Shown here one piece after another: positions 1 through 11,992 of a DNA stretch of 64,000 bases; position 1 is the stretch's first letter; each line of letters starts with the position of its first letter. The notes beneath the pieces were generated by a model, which saw nothing but the letters and a program-made list of their open reading frames with translations, searched no databases and was not told the DNA's origin. The position numbers and the translations under genes are program-made. The DNA is from Microthyrium microscopicum (lineage: Eukaryota): NCBI GenBank assembly GCA_010405405.1, contig MU004244.1, positions 3,895 to 67,894 of the forward strand. The letters run 5' to 3'.

Positions 1-2835
1 ATATTATAATCTTATTTTAGTAAGTTACTTAGTTTAAGAAAAAATTATAGTTAAGTTCTTTATATTTAGCCTAAGCTAAGTATAAATAAACTATTAACTA
101 TTTATTATATTATATAGCTACTTTTACTTAGTATAAGCTAGTATACTTACTTTATTATTTATAAATTATAATATTATAAATCTTTTTACCTATATCTAGC
201 CTATGCCTACTAATATTACCTAATTAAATAATAAAATAAACTCTTATAACCTTTAATATATGCTATGCTTAAGTCTAAGTTTCTTAATAATCTAGTTAGT
301 ATAAGGTTTATATAAGCTAAATATAACTTATAATATAGATACTTTAAAGTTATAGTTTAGATAATAAGTACCTTACCTTTATACTTATAAGATCTAGACG
401 TTATAATTACTAATTAGTATATACTTACTATAAGTTATTATACTTAATTTTACTTATAACTAATATATAGTACTAAAGGTAGTAAGAATAGTAGTAAAGG
501 TCTTAGAGAAGCTACTATTATAGTAATTAGTACGTACTAAGCTTAATCTAGCTTAAAATAACTTATATAGTAATAGTAAAGGTCCTAAAGGTCTTAAAGG
601 TACTACTAATATATTAGTTAGTATATACTAAGCTTAATCTAGTATAGAATAACTTACGTAATAATAGTAGAGGTCCTAGTAGTCCTAGAGGTACTACTAA
701 CGTATTAGTTAGTATGTACTAAGCTTAATCTAGCCTAAAATAACTTACCTAGCGCTAGTAAAGGTCCTAAAGGTTCTAAAGATACTACTAATATACTAGT
801 TAGTATATACTAAACTTAACGTTACTATAGATTAACTTACTTAGCGCTAGTAAAGTAAGTTCTAAAGAATCTTCCTCCTATTATATAATTAGTATATATC
901 TATTATAAGTAAAAAAATCTATTAGCTTACTCTACGTCTTAAGGCATAACTATAATTTAGATAATAATAAAATAAAGAACTAGTATAAGTTAAGTAGAAG
1001 GCATAGTTAATAGTCCTTTTATAGTTAGTACGTGCTTAGCTTAAAATATTATAACTTACGTAATATCTTTAGTATCTTAGTAAATTTTTTTAATTATACT
1101 ACTATAAAAGCTATAGCTATAAAATATTAGTTTAGCCTATACTAAGTATAATATAAACTTACCTAGGCTTATTTATAAACTAGGTAGTATTCTAACTATA
1201 ATAAAGAATCTAATAAGCTAAAGTACTAATAAGTTAATATGTACTTAGTATAACTTAATCTTAAACTTACTATTCTATAGAAGCTAGTATTAGCTTTAGT
1301 ATATTTTAAGTTAATTTATATTTAACTACTATAAAGTTAGTATAAGCTTAGTATAAAACTAGCCTATAACTTACTATAACTAGAATAAGTCTTATAAATA
1401 TAATAACGTATCTAAATTCTTTAATTAGTTCTATTTATATTAAGTATATACTAAAGAAACTTATATCTATTTTATTCTTAATAATCTAACTATATATTAC
1501 TCTTAAGGCTATAAGATTATCTTTAACCTAGTAACTATTATATTATTAGTACGTACTAAGTATAGTTTAATTCTAACCTATACTCTTATCTATATATTTA
1601 TATTAATAAGGCCTAGTAGAATATTACTCTAGACTATTTTTATATTAGCCTATACCTAATATATAACTAGCTTAAAACATACTATTTTAAAATAATTTAG
1701 CTAGAGTATACTTAGGAAACTTATAGTAACCTAAAGATATACGTAAGTAGTTAATATAAAAAGCTATTTAAGTTAATTTATAGCTAGTATATATTAAGCT
1801 TAATTTTATAAACTAAGTAGAATATAGCTTAGATAAGGATTAATAATTAGACTTATTTATATTAGTACGTTTTTAAATATTTATTAATATATACTAAGCT
1901 TACTATAGGCCTAAATATAAGTAGTAGAATTAAGGTTTTATGCTATTTAAATAGTAACTAAGTAGAATTATGCTTAATTAATTATAAAGACTACTATGCT
2001 TTTAGCTTATACTTAGAATAAGACTAAGCTAAGGACGTAGAAAAGAGTAAGTAAATAGTTTAAGATTAGTATAAGCTAATAAAGTATAAATTTTTAGTAA
2101 GTATATTAAAAGGTATAGAAGAGGTTAAAGAAAGAAGTTAAGTTAAATAGCTTAAGAGATTTTATAATAAGCTTAAGCTTAGCTTATAAGTACTAAACTT
2201 TTATAATAAAAGTTTAAATAGTACTTTCTAAATAAGTATATACTTACTTTATTAACTTTTATAAATAATTATTTAGTAAGTTTTAATTATTTAAATTTAA
2301 TATTTATTATTTAGTATATATTATACTTACTTTCTTATTATAGCTTCTTAAAATAAACGTTTTAAGTATAGGCTAATACTTTAAAGCTTTAATTATTCTT
2401 CTATACTTACTACTTTTAGAAACTTATATTAGATATTATATACTAAGCCTATAAGCTTTTATTATAAAATATATCTTTAACTCTTTAGTTTAACTTAGTA
2501 CGTCTTTAATTTAGTTTAGTACGTACTACCTTATAAATACTTAATACTACTTAATTATTATAAACTAGGTAGTAATTAAAAATAATATAGACTAATATAC
2601 CTAGTATATACTATATTATTATATTTATCTTATATAAAGTTAAAGAGTATATACTAAAGTAATACTTTAAAGAACTCTTAAAATAATACTAAGCTCTTTA
2701 GAAATTTAATTAAATATACTAAACTAAGTTTAGGTTTAAGTACTTCTTACTTACTCTTATAAGCTATATTATATATATAGGCCTATGCTTAGCGCATCCT
2801 TAAACTTACGCTATATACGCTAAAATTACCTAGAT
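1..2835. mobile_element. AT-rich, RIP-degenerated repeat/transposon relic, truncated by the window start; class not identifiable
   Basis: Very AT-rich, TpA abundant, CpA/TpG almost absent, no ORFs in the track; abrupt return to normal composition at ~2840. Confidence 0.85.
470..860 (-). repeat. ~91-bp tandem repeat (about 4 units); each unit is a ~52-nt intron-like segment plus a 39-nt exon-like segment on the minus strand
   Basis: The TAGTAYRTACTAAGCTTAATCTAG-like core recurs at ~528, 619, 710 and 801. Minus-strand GTAAGT...CTAAC...TAG segments lie at 840-788, 748-697 and 657-606. Confidence 0.75.
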
Positions 2836-3057
2836 ATTTTTGAGGGTCAGCGGAGCAGGGCCCCAACTTTCCCCAACAAGTCAATTTAAAATATAAATCG
2901 TTCCTTCCGTAAACGGTTTCCGCGGTCTCTTGTAACTTACCAGCTCTAACTTCAGTTCATACTCTACCAACAAATTCTCTGATCAATTGGCATACGGAGC
3001 TTTCCCTTCTTTCGATTCCCGAACAATCATCACTCCTTTCCAGACATCGTGTCCATC

Positions 3058-4144
3058 ATGTCAATCACCCGTCCAGATTTCGAAAAGTTCTTCCCAGTCC
3101 TAGCCAAGGACCTCGAAGCCCATTGTGCCCAATATGCCTTCCCAGAGCAAGCCCAAAAGTGGTACCGTGCCGTACGCCAGTCCCACACACCACGAATGAG
3201 CATCGATTAATTATGTGTAGAGTCTGAATGCAAATACCGTCGGCGGAAAATGCAATCGCGGCATGTCAGTAGTCGACACCACATCAATCATCCTCGGCCG
3301 ATCCCTCTCCGAAGATGAACTTTTCAAATCCGCGACGCTCGGATGGTGCATCGAACTCCTCCAAGCCTTCTTCCTCGTATCCGACGACATAATGGATGAC
3401 AGCAAAACGCGGAGAGGACAGCCCTGTTGGTATCGCCAGGAAGGGGTGGGGATGATTGCCATCAACGATGCTTTCATGCTTGAGGCTGCGATCTATATTC
3501 TGCTCAAGAAATACTTCCGAGAACACAAGAGCTATGTCGACTTGCTAGAACTGTTCCATGAGACTACTTTCCAGACTGAGCTGGGTCAAACGTGCGACTT
3601 GTTGACGGCACCGGAAGATCATGTTGACCTTGACAACTTTGCGATGGAGAAGTTTGTTTTCATTGTCATTTACAAGACCGCTTATTACTCGTTCTATCTC
3701 CCGGTGGCACTGGCTATGTATTATACTGGAATTGCGTCAGAAAAGAATCTCAAGCAGGCGCACGACATTCTGATTCCAATGGGCGAGTATTTCCAGGCGC
3801 AGGACGATTATCTGGACAACTTCGCCGATCCGGAGACACTTGGCAAGATTGGCACGGACATTCAAGACAACAAATGCTCGTGGCTGGTGAATACTGCTCT
3901 GCAGCGAGTCACGCCAGAACAGAGGAAGGTCCTTGAGGAAAACTACGGACGGAAAAACAGCGCAAAGGAGGCCAAAGTCAAAGAGCTCTTCAATGAGCTC
4001 AAACTGGAAGATGCTTATCACCAGTACGAGGAGGAGCGAGTGGAGAAGATCCGGGAGCTCATATCCAACGTCGATGAGAGCGATGGATTAAAGAAGGAGA
4101 TCTTCGAAGTGTTCCTCAAGAAAATTTACAAACGGAGCAAGTGA
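3058..4144 (+). CDS. ERG20: Farnesyl pyrophosphate synthase, ~345 aa; exons 3058-3171 and 3221-4144
   Basis: GGKCNRG, first Asp-rich motif [14 protein letters not shown], second motif [21 protein letters not shown]-terminal KIYKRSK. The 49-nt GT-AG intron restores the frame. Confidence 0.96.
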
Positions 4145-4835
4145 GGCGTGGCATAACAGTGACCAGTTACTGGTATACAATTATGGGAAGATTGGTTGGC
4201 AAATCTTCGAGCGGTTTTAAGATTGAAGGGTGATACCCGGTATTTGCAAGCATTTATAATGGCTATTATGGTAATCAAGAGAGGTTGAGCAAAGGTATGA
4301 TCACCCAGTGGCGTATTCAGACATTTTTTCAACCTTGTAGCATTTCAACACAAAGAGTAGCATCTCGTCAATACAAACTCGATGTTGAGATGATGGTAAC
4401 ATTTTCCAATGGCAAGATACTGCTTACTCTGTCCTACCTAGTAACTACTACCCCTCTTATAACCTTGACCGCTGTCCGGACCTGATTGAGTTTTAGCTAT
4501 CCCAATACTTGCTAGACCCCGGAATCGCGTGGAAGTCATGCATATTGACAAGTTCAACTGCAAGCTAATGCGGCCCAACTGCGACCCATTGGCTCTGTTT
4601 ATCGCATTTTCTTCTGGTAACAGCAAACATATTCCACGTCCCAATCAGTTCCAGCTCACCTACCCATGGACCTTTCCAGGTCCCTGGCCTGGGAAGTGAA
4701 GTCGTGCCCCCACAACGTTCCCATAGGTACCTGATGCTGTGCTGTACTTTCACCTACTCTAACTTCACCTCGTTTCTTTCTTGACATATTTTGGACTCCG
4801 CGGGCCCTTACAGTTCGCAATTGAAGAGCGCCAAA

Positions 4836-6582
4836 ATGGACTTTTACGGTGTGCAAGGTCATCATGTCCTCAAGGCCATTGTGGCCCTGTTGGGCTTCTC
4901 GTTGTTGGTGTTTTTCGTGAAGCTTTATCGCATTCGAAGCAAAATGATGGGACTGGTAAGCAAACTCTAGAAACATTTGGCACGAATTCATACTAATTCA
5001 TGAAAATAGCCTGGCCCTCCATATCATCCCATCTTCGGTCATATTCCCGTCGCCATCAAAATGGCACAATCGTTACCACAAGATGTCCATCCTCACCACT
5101 TCTGGTACTGGCTTCGGAATGAATACAACTTGGGATCCTTTTTCTATTTCGATGTCTGGCCAATGGGTCCACCAACACTGATCATCTGTGATGCTGAAAT
5201 CGCAGATCAAGTCACTGTAAAAAATTCATTGGATAAGCATCCTATGGTCAAGGAATATCTTAAGCAACATCTCGGACTTGATAACATGGCGGCTGCCAAT
5301 GGGACTGTCTGGCGCAAAGCTAGAACTGTGTATAATCCGGGATTCGCCATGTCACATCTCATGACAGTCATTGCGTCTATTGTGGACGATATGGAGACAT
5401 TCAATGAGATCCTTGGCGAACATGCCGATAATGACCAGCCACTTGAACTGGAAGCCGTCGCCATGAAGCTTTCCTTCGACGTTATCGGCCGTCTGGTGCT
5501 GTAAGTTCCCTATCCAAATTTCTCGAGTAATACTAATCACCACCAGCGATACCTCCCTGAACTCCCAACGAACCAGCGACGAACTCGTCGACGCATTCCG
5601 ACGCCAACTCCAATACCTATCATCCGCCAACACCTGGTCCTCTCCCTTCGTCGGCCTCAACCCCATCCGCAACCGTGCCATCGCCAAAAACAGCGCCGTA
5701 ATCGACAAATGTCTCGGCGCCATCCTCGACAGTCGATACGCCGCCTCCGCCGAGAAACAAACAAAGCGCAAACGCTCCATGCTAGACGTAGCATTCAAAA
5801 CCTACAACGACGAATACAAACTCGACAACTCCGCCGGCATGGACGCCTCATTCCGACAAATGACCATCGATCAAATCCGCACCTTCGTCTTCGCTGGCCA
5901 CGATACCATCTCCACCACCATCGCCATGCTATTCTACTTTCTACACCATAATCCCAGCGTCCGAGACAGTCTCATTGCGGAACTTAATGCAGTGTTTCCA
6001 GCAACTAGCTCAAATCCGTCAACTAGCGCAGCTACGGCGGCGAAGATTCGCGCAGATCCATATGTTTTGAACGCCCTTCCTTATACCACAGCAACAATCA
6101 AAGAAACTCTCCGCCTCTTCCCGCCCGCAAATACAGTACGCGTCGGCACGCCTGATAGCTTCATTACGGATCCAGCTACTAATACACAATATCCGACGCA
6201 CGATTGGGTTGTATGGCCAGATTCGTACGTCATCGGCCGAGATGAACAATACTATCCCGAACCACTTCGTTTTGCGCCAGAAAGATGGCTTCCAGCGAGC
6301 GAAGCAAGCAGAGTCCAAAGTGACGGCTCACCATGGCCGATTCCACCAGCAGGCGCATTCCGCGCCTTTGAGCGTGGCCCACGGAACTGTATTGGCGCAG
6401 AATTCGGCATGCTGGAAGTCAAGGTTGTGGCTGCCATGTGTGTGCGGGAGTATGAGTTTGTGCCCGGTTTCAAGGAGGGGGATGCGTGTGTTGATGGGGA
6501 GCCGTGTTATCAGATGTTGTTTGGGAGTGCGAAGCCGAAGGGTAGTGTGCCTGGGAAGATGGTTCGGGTGAAGAAGGGGTAG
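4836..6582 (+). CDS. Cytochrome P450 monooxygenase, ~548 aa; exons 4836-4955, 5010-5500 and 5547-6582
   Basis: N-terminal membrane anchor, PGPP hinge, AGHDT I-helix, ETLR (ExxR), PERW, heme motif FERGPRNCIG. Two canonical introns keep the frame. Confidence 0.93.
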
Positions 6583-7306
6583 GTGATGATAGGAGTAGTG
6601 GAGGGGAAGGCAGAAGGGATGAATGGATAGGTGTAATGACGGAAAGGGGAAATCGTGGGCTAGACTTGAGGGCGGTACTTGACTCTTGAGGGCGTAATGA
6701 CTTTGGCGTTGCGATGATTGAAGCGCTTATGGGTTAGAATATTCTGGGCGCTCAATAGACTGCATGGTGTTCTTCTTTGTTCTCAAGATATGAATCTGGT
6801 GATCGTATAGTTTTCATTATTTGCCCTCAGGTTCGATACTTGTCAAGAAACGATCTTATCGAGTGCTATCACAAGCGTCCATAGAAGGCGAAAGATGAAA
6901 GACATTTTATTTCTTAGGAGCAAGGCACTTTCTCAAGTCACCGAATTCAGAGCCGGATTGTTTGGGCCGGAGTCATACAGTTCCTGTTTGAAGCATGATA
7001 AACTGATTTGGCTCCAGAAGTGTTTGTGCTAAATATCAGTTTCAATTTGAGGCTTGTTAGAAAGTCGTCACTTCACTATCTATGATTCTCTTTGGTCCAA
7101 AATCTGCTTCATTATTCAGGTAGCAAATGCGAAATATTACATACAAAAGCAACAATATTGTCGATCATGTCCAATCCTACGGTTTCTTAATAGTCGCAAG
7201 TCTGCCCCAAGTAGCAGTATATTCATCCTTCCTCTTTCAACCAGTAGAAGCACCCAATTCATATGCTCCTCACTCGTATTCCTGAGTGACCTTATTCGTC
7301 TGTGAA

Positions 7307-8056
7307 CTATAGAAGTTCATGGAGTATGATGGAGAACCGCGTTGGCCAAGGGTTCCGGAAACGACGTAGACCTCTCGTCATCACAGCTGATCCATCAGTC
7401 AAGACGAAATGAAGTTGATAAGTATAATTGGAATCTAGAGGCAGTGGCGGAGCATAATCAGCGAGAATCTGTCGATATGCATCTGGGTTGTTCACTTCAA
7501 TTCTAGGACACTTCCTAGGTACCCAGTGCATCAGCGGTTCCATGAAAGGTATAAGAATCAGTATTATTGCATTTCGCTCGATGTGCCGCTGGCGATGAGT
7601 GAACTTGACGTCGATATCGCGAAGATTTGGCAACAGTTTCACAACGTCGATTAGCGGGCTGTAGACCTGGCCATTGTTTCCTAAATGGATACTTCCCGCC
7701 GGCCAGTCTTGCCAGTCCAATGAGTGGTCGAGCATAACCTTTTGAATCAGGTGATGGTAGGGGTTGAATTGAACGCAGTTCTCGTCGCAATGGGCGGCGG
7801 GTCTGTTGGTGAAATAGAATCTGTTTTTGGTGTACAGTACGGTCGAGGCTTCTTCATGAATCAGATGGTTGACTCTTAGCAGAGCAATCCATTGGCTCAA
7901 GCCACGATTGATAGAAACATTCATCGGATGGTACGCTACGGCAGCATGATTACAGAGGTGAAGTGGGCCCGTGTTAATGAACATGTAGTCATACACCCGT
8001 AGTCGAACTTCTGCTGGGAGTAGGACAAATGCGGATGGAGCGATATTTGCAGCCAT
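7307..8056 (-). CDS. F-box-like hypothetical protein, paralog 1 (~249 aa)
   Basis: FVLLPAEVRLRVYDYMF (F-box-like LPxE.R..Y) and LLRVNHLIHEEASTVLYTKNRFYF; aligns with three neighbouring genes. Confidence 0.75.
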   Translation of the reverse strand: MAANIAPSAFVLLPAEVRLRVYDYMFINTGPLHLCNHAAVAYHPMNVSINRGLSQWIALLRVNHLIHEEASTVLYTKNRFYFTNRPAAHCDENCVQFNPYHHLIQKVMLDHSLDWQDWPAGSIHLGNNGQVYSPLIDVVKLLPNLRDIDVKFTHRQRHIERNAIILILIPFMEPLMHWVPRKCPRIEVNNPDAYRQILADYAPPLPLDSNYTYQLHFVLTDGSAVMTRGLRRFRNPWPTRFSIILHELL

Positions 8057-8410
8057 GATAGACAGTTTTTGCCAATTATTTGTACTAATCTCCACGATAA
8101 AAGTTATACCTCACTATAAAAGTGGGAGTTGAAACACTTTGCAAGCAAAATTAGGATCCTTCTCGAAAGAGATTCCCATAAAGAGCTTTTGTTTTATTTC
8201 TTTGTTGTTATAACTATTTTTGACCGCATACAGCTAGGTATCTAAAATCTTACTAGTAACTCTTCCATTAATCGTTGAATCGCTATGCACAGCTTTGTAT
8301 CATCTCTGCAAAGCCCAACAATGGTCAATGTCAGACCATATCTTACGTCGACTAGGATTTCTAAGGAGCAGACCGACATCATAAATATATTGGTTGATTA
8401 TGTTCTTACT

Positions 8411-9157
8411 CTACAACAGCTCAAAAACCCGAGTCCGGGCCCGTACTATTGTACGGGCCATATCTATTCGCACTAAGTTCCTCATGAAACGTGTTTGATC
8501 TGAGAAGTAAAAGTATATCCTATACCGCTGAGTGGGTCCACCCGGTGGAGGCTGTGGCGGGTTCTGAAAGTTATCGATAATAGTACGCCAATCTGTTGGA
8601 TTATTGATTACAATTCTAGGAAACCGTCTTGGCCTCCAGTACATGAATTGCCTCATAAACGGAATTACAAACATCTGTTTGCGAAAGGTGTTCAGTCGAT
8701 AACCTGACCGGCTGAAAATGATACATATGTAACGGAGGTTGGGCAAAAGTTTCATGATATCGATTCCGACGAGGTGTAGCTGTCCGTTGGGTCCTAGCTC
8801 CTGTGTAAATTGACTCATGTAGGCAGGTAGCCAGTCTATGCGTTGTCTAAATTGTAATTGCTGAATATGGTGGCGATACGGATTGTGTCTGATACAATCC
8901 ACATGGCAGTTGTGTGTGAAATGGAAAACGTTCCTGGAATATACAAGCTCGGATGCCTCATCGTGAATTAGCTGACAAACGCGTAGAATGGCAATGGTGT
9001 TAGCAAGTGGCCTGGGGGCGCCAGGAACATGTAACTGTGATCTAGCATGACTACAGAGACACAAAGGATCCGCACTCTGAAGCAGATATCCAAATATCTG
9101 CAATCGCAATGCCGTTGGGATGCGGAGAATTGCAGCTGGAGTGACATTCGCCGCCAT
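8411..9157 (-). CDS. F-box-like hypothetical protein, paralog 2 (248 aa)
   Basis: MAANVTP start resembles paralog 1; ILRVCQLIHDEASELVYSRNVFHF, NPYRHHIQ, KLLPNLR, IPFM motifs shared. Confidence 0.75.
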   Translation of the reverse strand: MAANVTPAAILRIPTALRLQIFGYLLQSADPLCLCSHARSQLHVPGAPRPLANTIAILRVCQLIHDEASELVYSRNVFHFTHNCHVDCIRHNPYRHHIQQLQFRQRIDWLPAYMSQFTQELGPNGQLHLVGIDIMKLLPNLRYICIIFSRSGYRLNTFRKQMFVIPFMRQFMYWRPRRFPRIVINNPTDWRTIIDNFQNPPQPPPGGPTQRYRIYFYFSDQTRFMRNLVRIDMARTIVRARTRVFELL

Positions 9158-9360
9158 GATGGGCGTTTTATTCTAGCTTTCAATACGTGAGATGAAACTA
9201 TAGCTTACTTTGAAAATGGGAATTTAAACATTTTAGAATTACAGTAAAGGCCTTTTTGAAAATCTCTGAAGAGTCCATATAAAGCTCCTTTGTTCAACTC
9301 TTTGTTACAATATCTGTTTCTCGCCGCATATGCCCAAGTACCTTCATTGATCTCTTCCAG

Positions 9361-10353
9361 CTAAGAAAGCCGATAATAGTTGATATTATGTCTTTTCCTC
9401 GGTGTTTCCACGCTGTCCGCAAACTGCTCGACCAAACGCCGTATTTCAGGGGAGCTATCCCACAGCAGGAAATGAATCTCGCGAGTCGGAGGAACGATAG
9501 TTATATGTAGCGGAATGTGGCGGTTGATCAACTGTAGCCATTCAGTTCTGTTGCTCAAGACGATTCTAGGATACCTCCTCAGCCAACGTATCAGCTGTGT
9601 CATGAATGGTATAAGAACGTAGTCCTTCTGATCTGGGTCTAAAGCACTAAAACGTCGACTAAACAATATGTCAATATAGCGAAGATTTGGAAGAATCTTG
9701 AGAATCTCGATGCCGGGGAAACTTGGAACGCCGTTATGATCTACTTGATACGGATAGATACCTGGTAGAGCGTTCTGTATTTGGACCAAGACGGCGTTTT
9801 GCCTTGTTATTCTTTGGTTAAACATTCTGAAGTCATAGGCTAGCCATTGGTCAAATTGTACCTAGTTTTTCTGTTAGAAATAACATTTCAAGGGGACAGC
9901 GTTTAGCCAACACAACACTTGAGCAAACACTACTCTATTGAAACGCTACATTGTAGAATCTCATGGTTGTAATATCTCAGTAGAGTACCAGCTTGCTCAA
10001 GCCCGTTCAATAATTTTGCACAGGAAAATTCTTACTCGCTCGATCCAGAGACGGTAACGACAGCTCCAGATACAGTTCGTACTACATTTTGGGTCAATGT
10101 CTGTAAAATAGAAAGTGTTTTTTGAGTATAATATCTTGCTTGCTTCCCAATGAATCTGCTGATTAGCGCGTAAAAGTGCAATGCTTCCTGCAAATGATGG
10201 TCTTTTGGCCGGTTCGTTATTCACAACTGTAATATGAGCACAGATAGCCAGCGGCTGGTGTTGGCTGATTAGTGCAAGCTCGTAAATCGAGTTCCGAGTT
10301 TCGGGAGGAAGGCTCAAAAATGACAATGGCCGGGGGATATCATTCATATTCAT
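9361..10353 (-). CDS. F-box-like hypothetical protein, paralog 3 (~272 aa); exons 10353-10036 and 9861-9361
   Basis: FLSLPPETRNSIYELAL and LLRANQQIHWEASKILYSKNTFYF. A 174-nt GTAAGA...CTAAC...TAG intron joins WIER to VQFDQW...KILPNLRYIDI in frame. Confidence 0.72.
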
Positions 10354-11209
10354 GATGGAAAGACCTTCTACTATTTGCTTCCCAGCTCGAATATGGAGTA
10401 CTGTGGAAGTGAGAGTTTGGGTTAGACACTTTATACCAGCCAAAAAGATCGTGGGATTGCGATGCTTATATTACAAATTTTGCTGTAGCGCATCTGACCG
10501 TAGCCGGTACAAAATCTGGAGGCTTTCTGTGGTTTTTTGAATTGCAGTGAAAGCAAATGGTTATCGGACATTGAAATAATCCAAATCATATCTAAAATGC
10601 TGAACAAAGCCTTCTTACGGATCAACAAAAAAGAATCTATACCGTTCTTGTTGACTTCTTTGTCGCACAGTCTTTTCATTCTCCGCATTGGGATTTGTTC
10701 ATATGAGAAGGAAATCCTACACAGGTACAAGCCCACTATTGTGTCACTGGGCTGGTAATCGACATTGCGACGACTAAATCCTTAGACTCGACAACACTTT
10801 GCGGGAGGGTTTGTCAGTAGCATTGTCATTCGTGAAGCATGTCTGTCCAGTTCAACTATCTTCATCATCACGTCTACGTTTTAGGCAAGCGAGCCGTTGA
10901 CGGATTTCCATGGAAGGAGTTGTTCGCAAAGTACTGCGTACTTCATTGAGGATCGTGTACAATAATATGGGCGGAAGGCATGAATCACATTATGGAATGG
11001 GTGAGAGTTAGAGTAGCCTGCATTTAAAGTATGTCATGGCAAATCCCGCAGTGTATGCCATGGAATCTGTGCCAAAATATTTCTTTTGGTCGTGACGCTG
11101 AAGAGCTGCTATCTAACGTGCGGAGCAGACTGTGCTCAAATTGTCTTTGATCAATCTTGAGCTCTCCAGTGAATGGATTACTGCCTTCTACATCGTTAAC
11201 CTCTCGTCT

Positions 11210-11992
11210 TTACTCTAGAGCATAATATCCTGCTAATATGAGATTGGTTTTTTCATAATTTTTCCACAGCGCGATTCTTGATTCGCGAAATTCCACCATC
11301 GGAGCAGACTTATCCGTCAGGTAGAATTGAGCAGCTTTCCATCGTCCTCTCCCCAGATTGTGGACTTTCATGACTTCTTGCCAGTCTATGGGTTTGTAGA
11401 TTTGGATCTTAGTGTACTTGCGTTGGTAACGCAAAATCTGTTGCAAGAAAGGTTTGACTGTGAGTTCGAAGGATTCCGAGAACCAGCCTGTCCGGTATGC
11501 GAAGCATATCTCGATGAATCGAAGGGCTGGTAGCAGTTTGACCATATCGATTCCAGCAAATCTTACAACTCCATCAACTCCAATTTCGCAAGTCCTATCG
11601 CTTTTAACTAATTGGACCAGGCGAACTCTCTGTATGCAATGTCGGTAGGGGCGAAAAACACAGCCCGCTTCGCAATCGGGTGTGGTATAGAAGAGGTTTT
11701 CAGAGTAGAGAACCTGCGATGCTTCGAAATGTATTTGTCGGTTGACACGAAGAAGGCAGACAAAATTGGCAATCACTCTCAAGTGGTCGGCGTAGGGCAT
11801 TTTATAATGCTGACAGGCAAGATGCTGGGGAACAGGGCTGACGAGAGCGGCGACATATATCATTCGTCGGATCTCGCACGGAAGCATCATGAAAGGAAAT
11901 GGCGCGTTTTTTGAGGGATTTTCGGTGTCGAGCGGTTCGGTGGGTGGACTCAAGCCGATGGATTCGCGTGCACTGAGAAGATGAGCATCCAT
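11210..11992 (-). CDS. F-box-like hypothetical protein, paralog 4 (260 aa)
   Basis: FPFMMLPCEIRRMIYVAALV, LLRVNRQIHFEASQVLYSENLFY, PYRHCIQRV, KLLPALRFIEI. Confidence 0.78.
   Translation of the reverse strand: MDAHLLSARESIGLSPPTEPLDTENPSKNAPFPFMMLPCEIRRMIYVAALVSPVPQHLACQHYKMPYADHLRVIANFVCLLRVNRQIHFEASQVLYSENLFYTTPDCEAGCVFRPYRHCIQRVRLVQLVKSDRTCEIGVDGVVRFAGIDMVKLLPALRFIEICFAYRTGWFSESFELTVKPFLQQILRYQRKYTKIQIYKPIDWQEVMKVHNLGRGRWKAAQFYLTDKSAPMVEFRESRIALWKNYEKTNLILAGYYALE

Noticed and set aside
470..860. Regularly spaced repeats as a CRISPR-like array
   Set aside because: Eukaryotic DNA; whole units are homologous with no unique spacers, and no cas genes are present.
3058..6582. FPP synthase next to a P450 as a terpene biosynthetic cluster
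   Set aside because: The synthase looks like the housekeeping ERG20, and there is no terpene cyclase, transporter or pathway regulator in the window.
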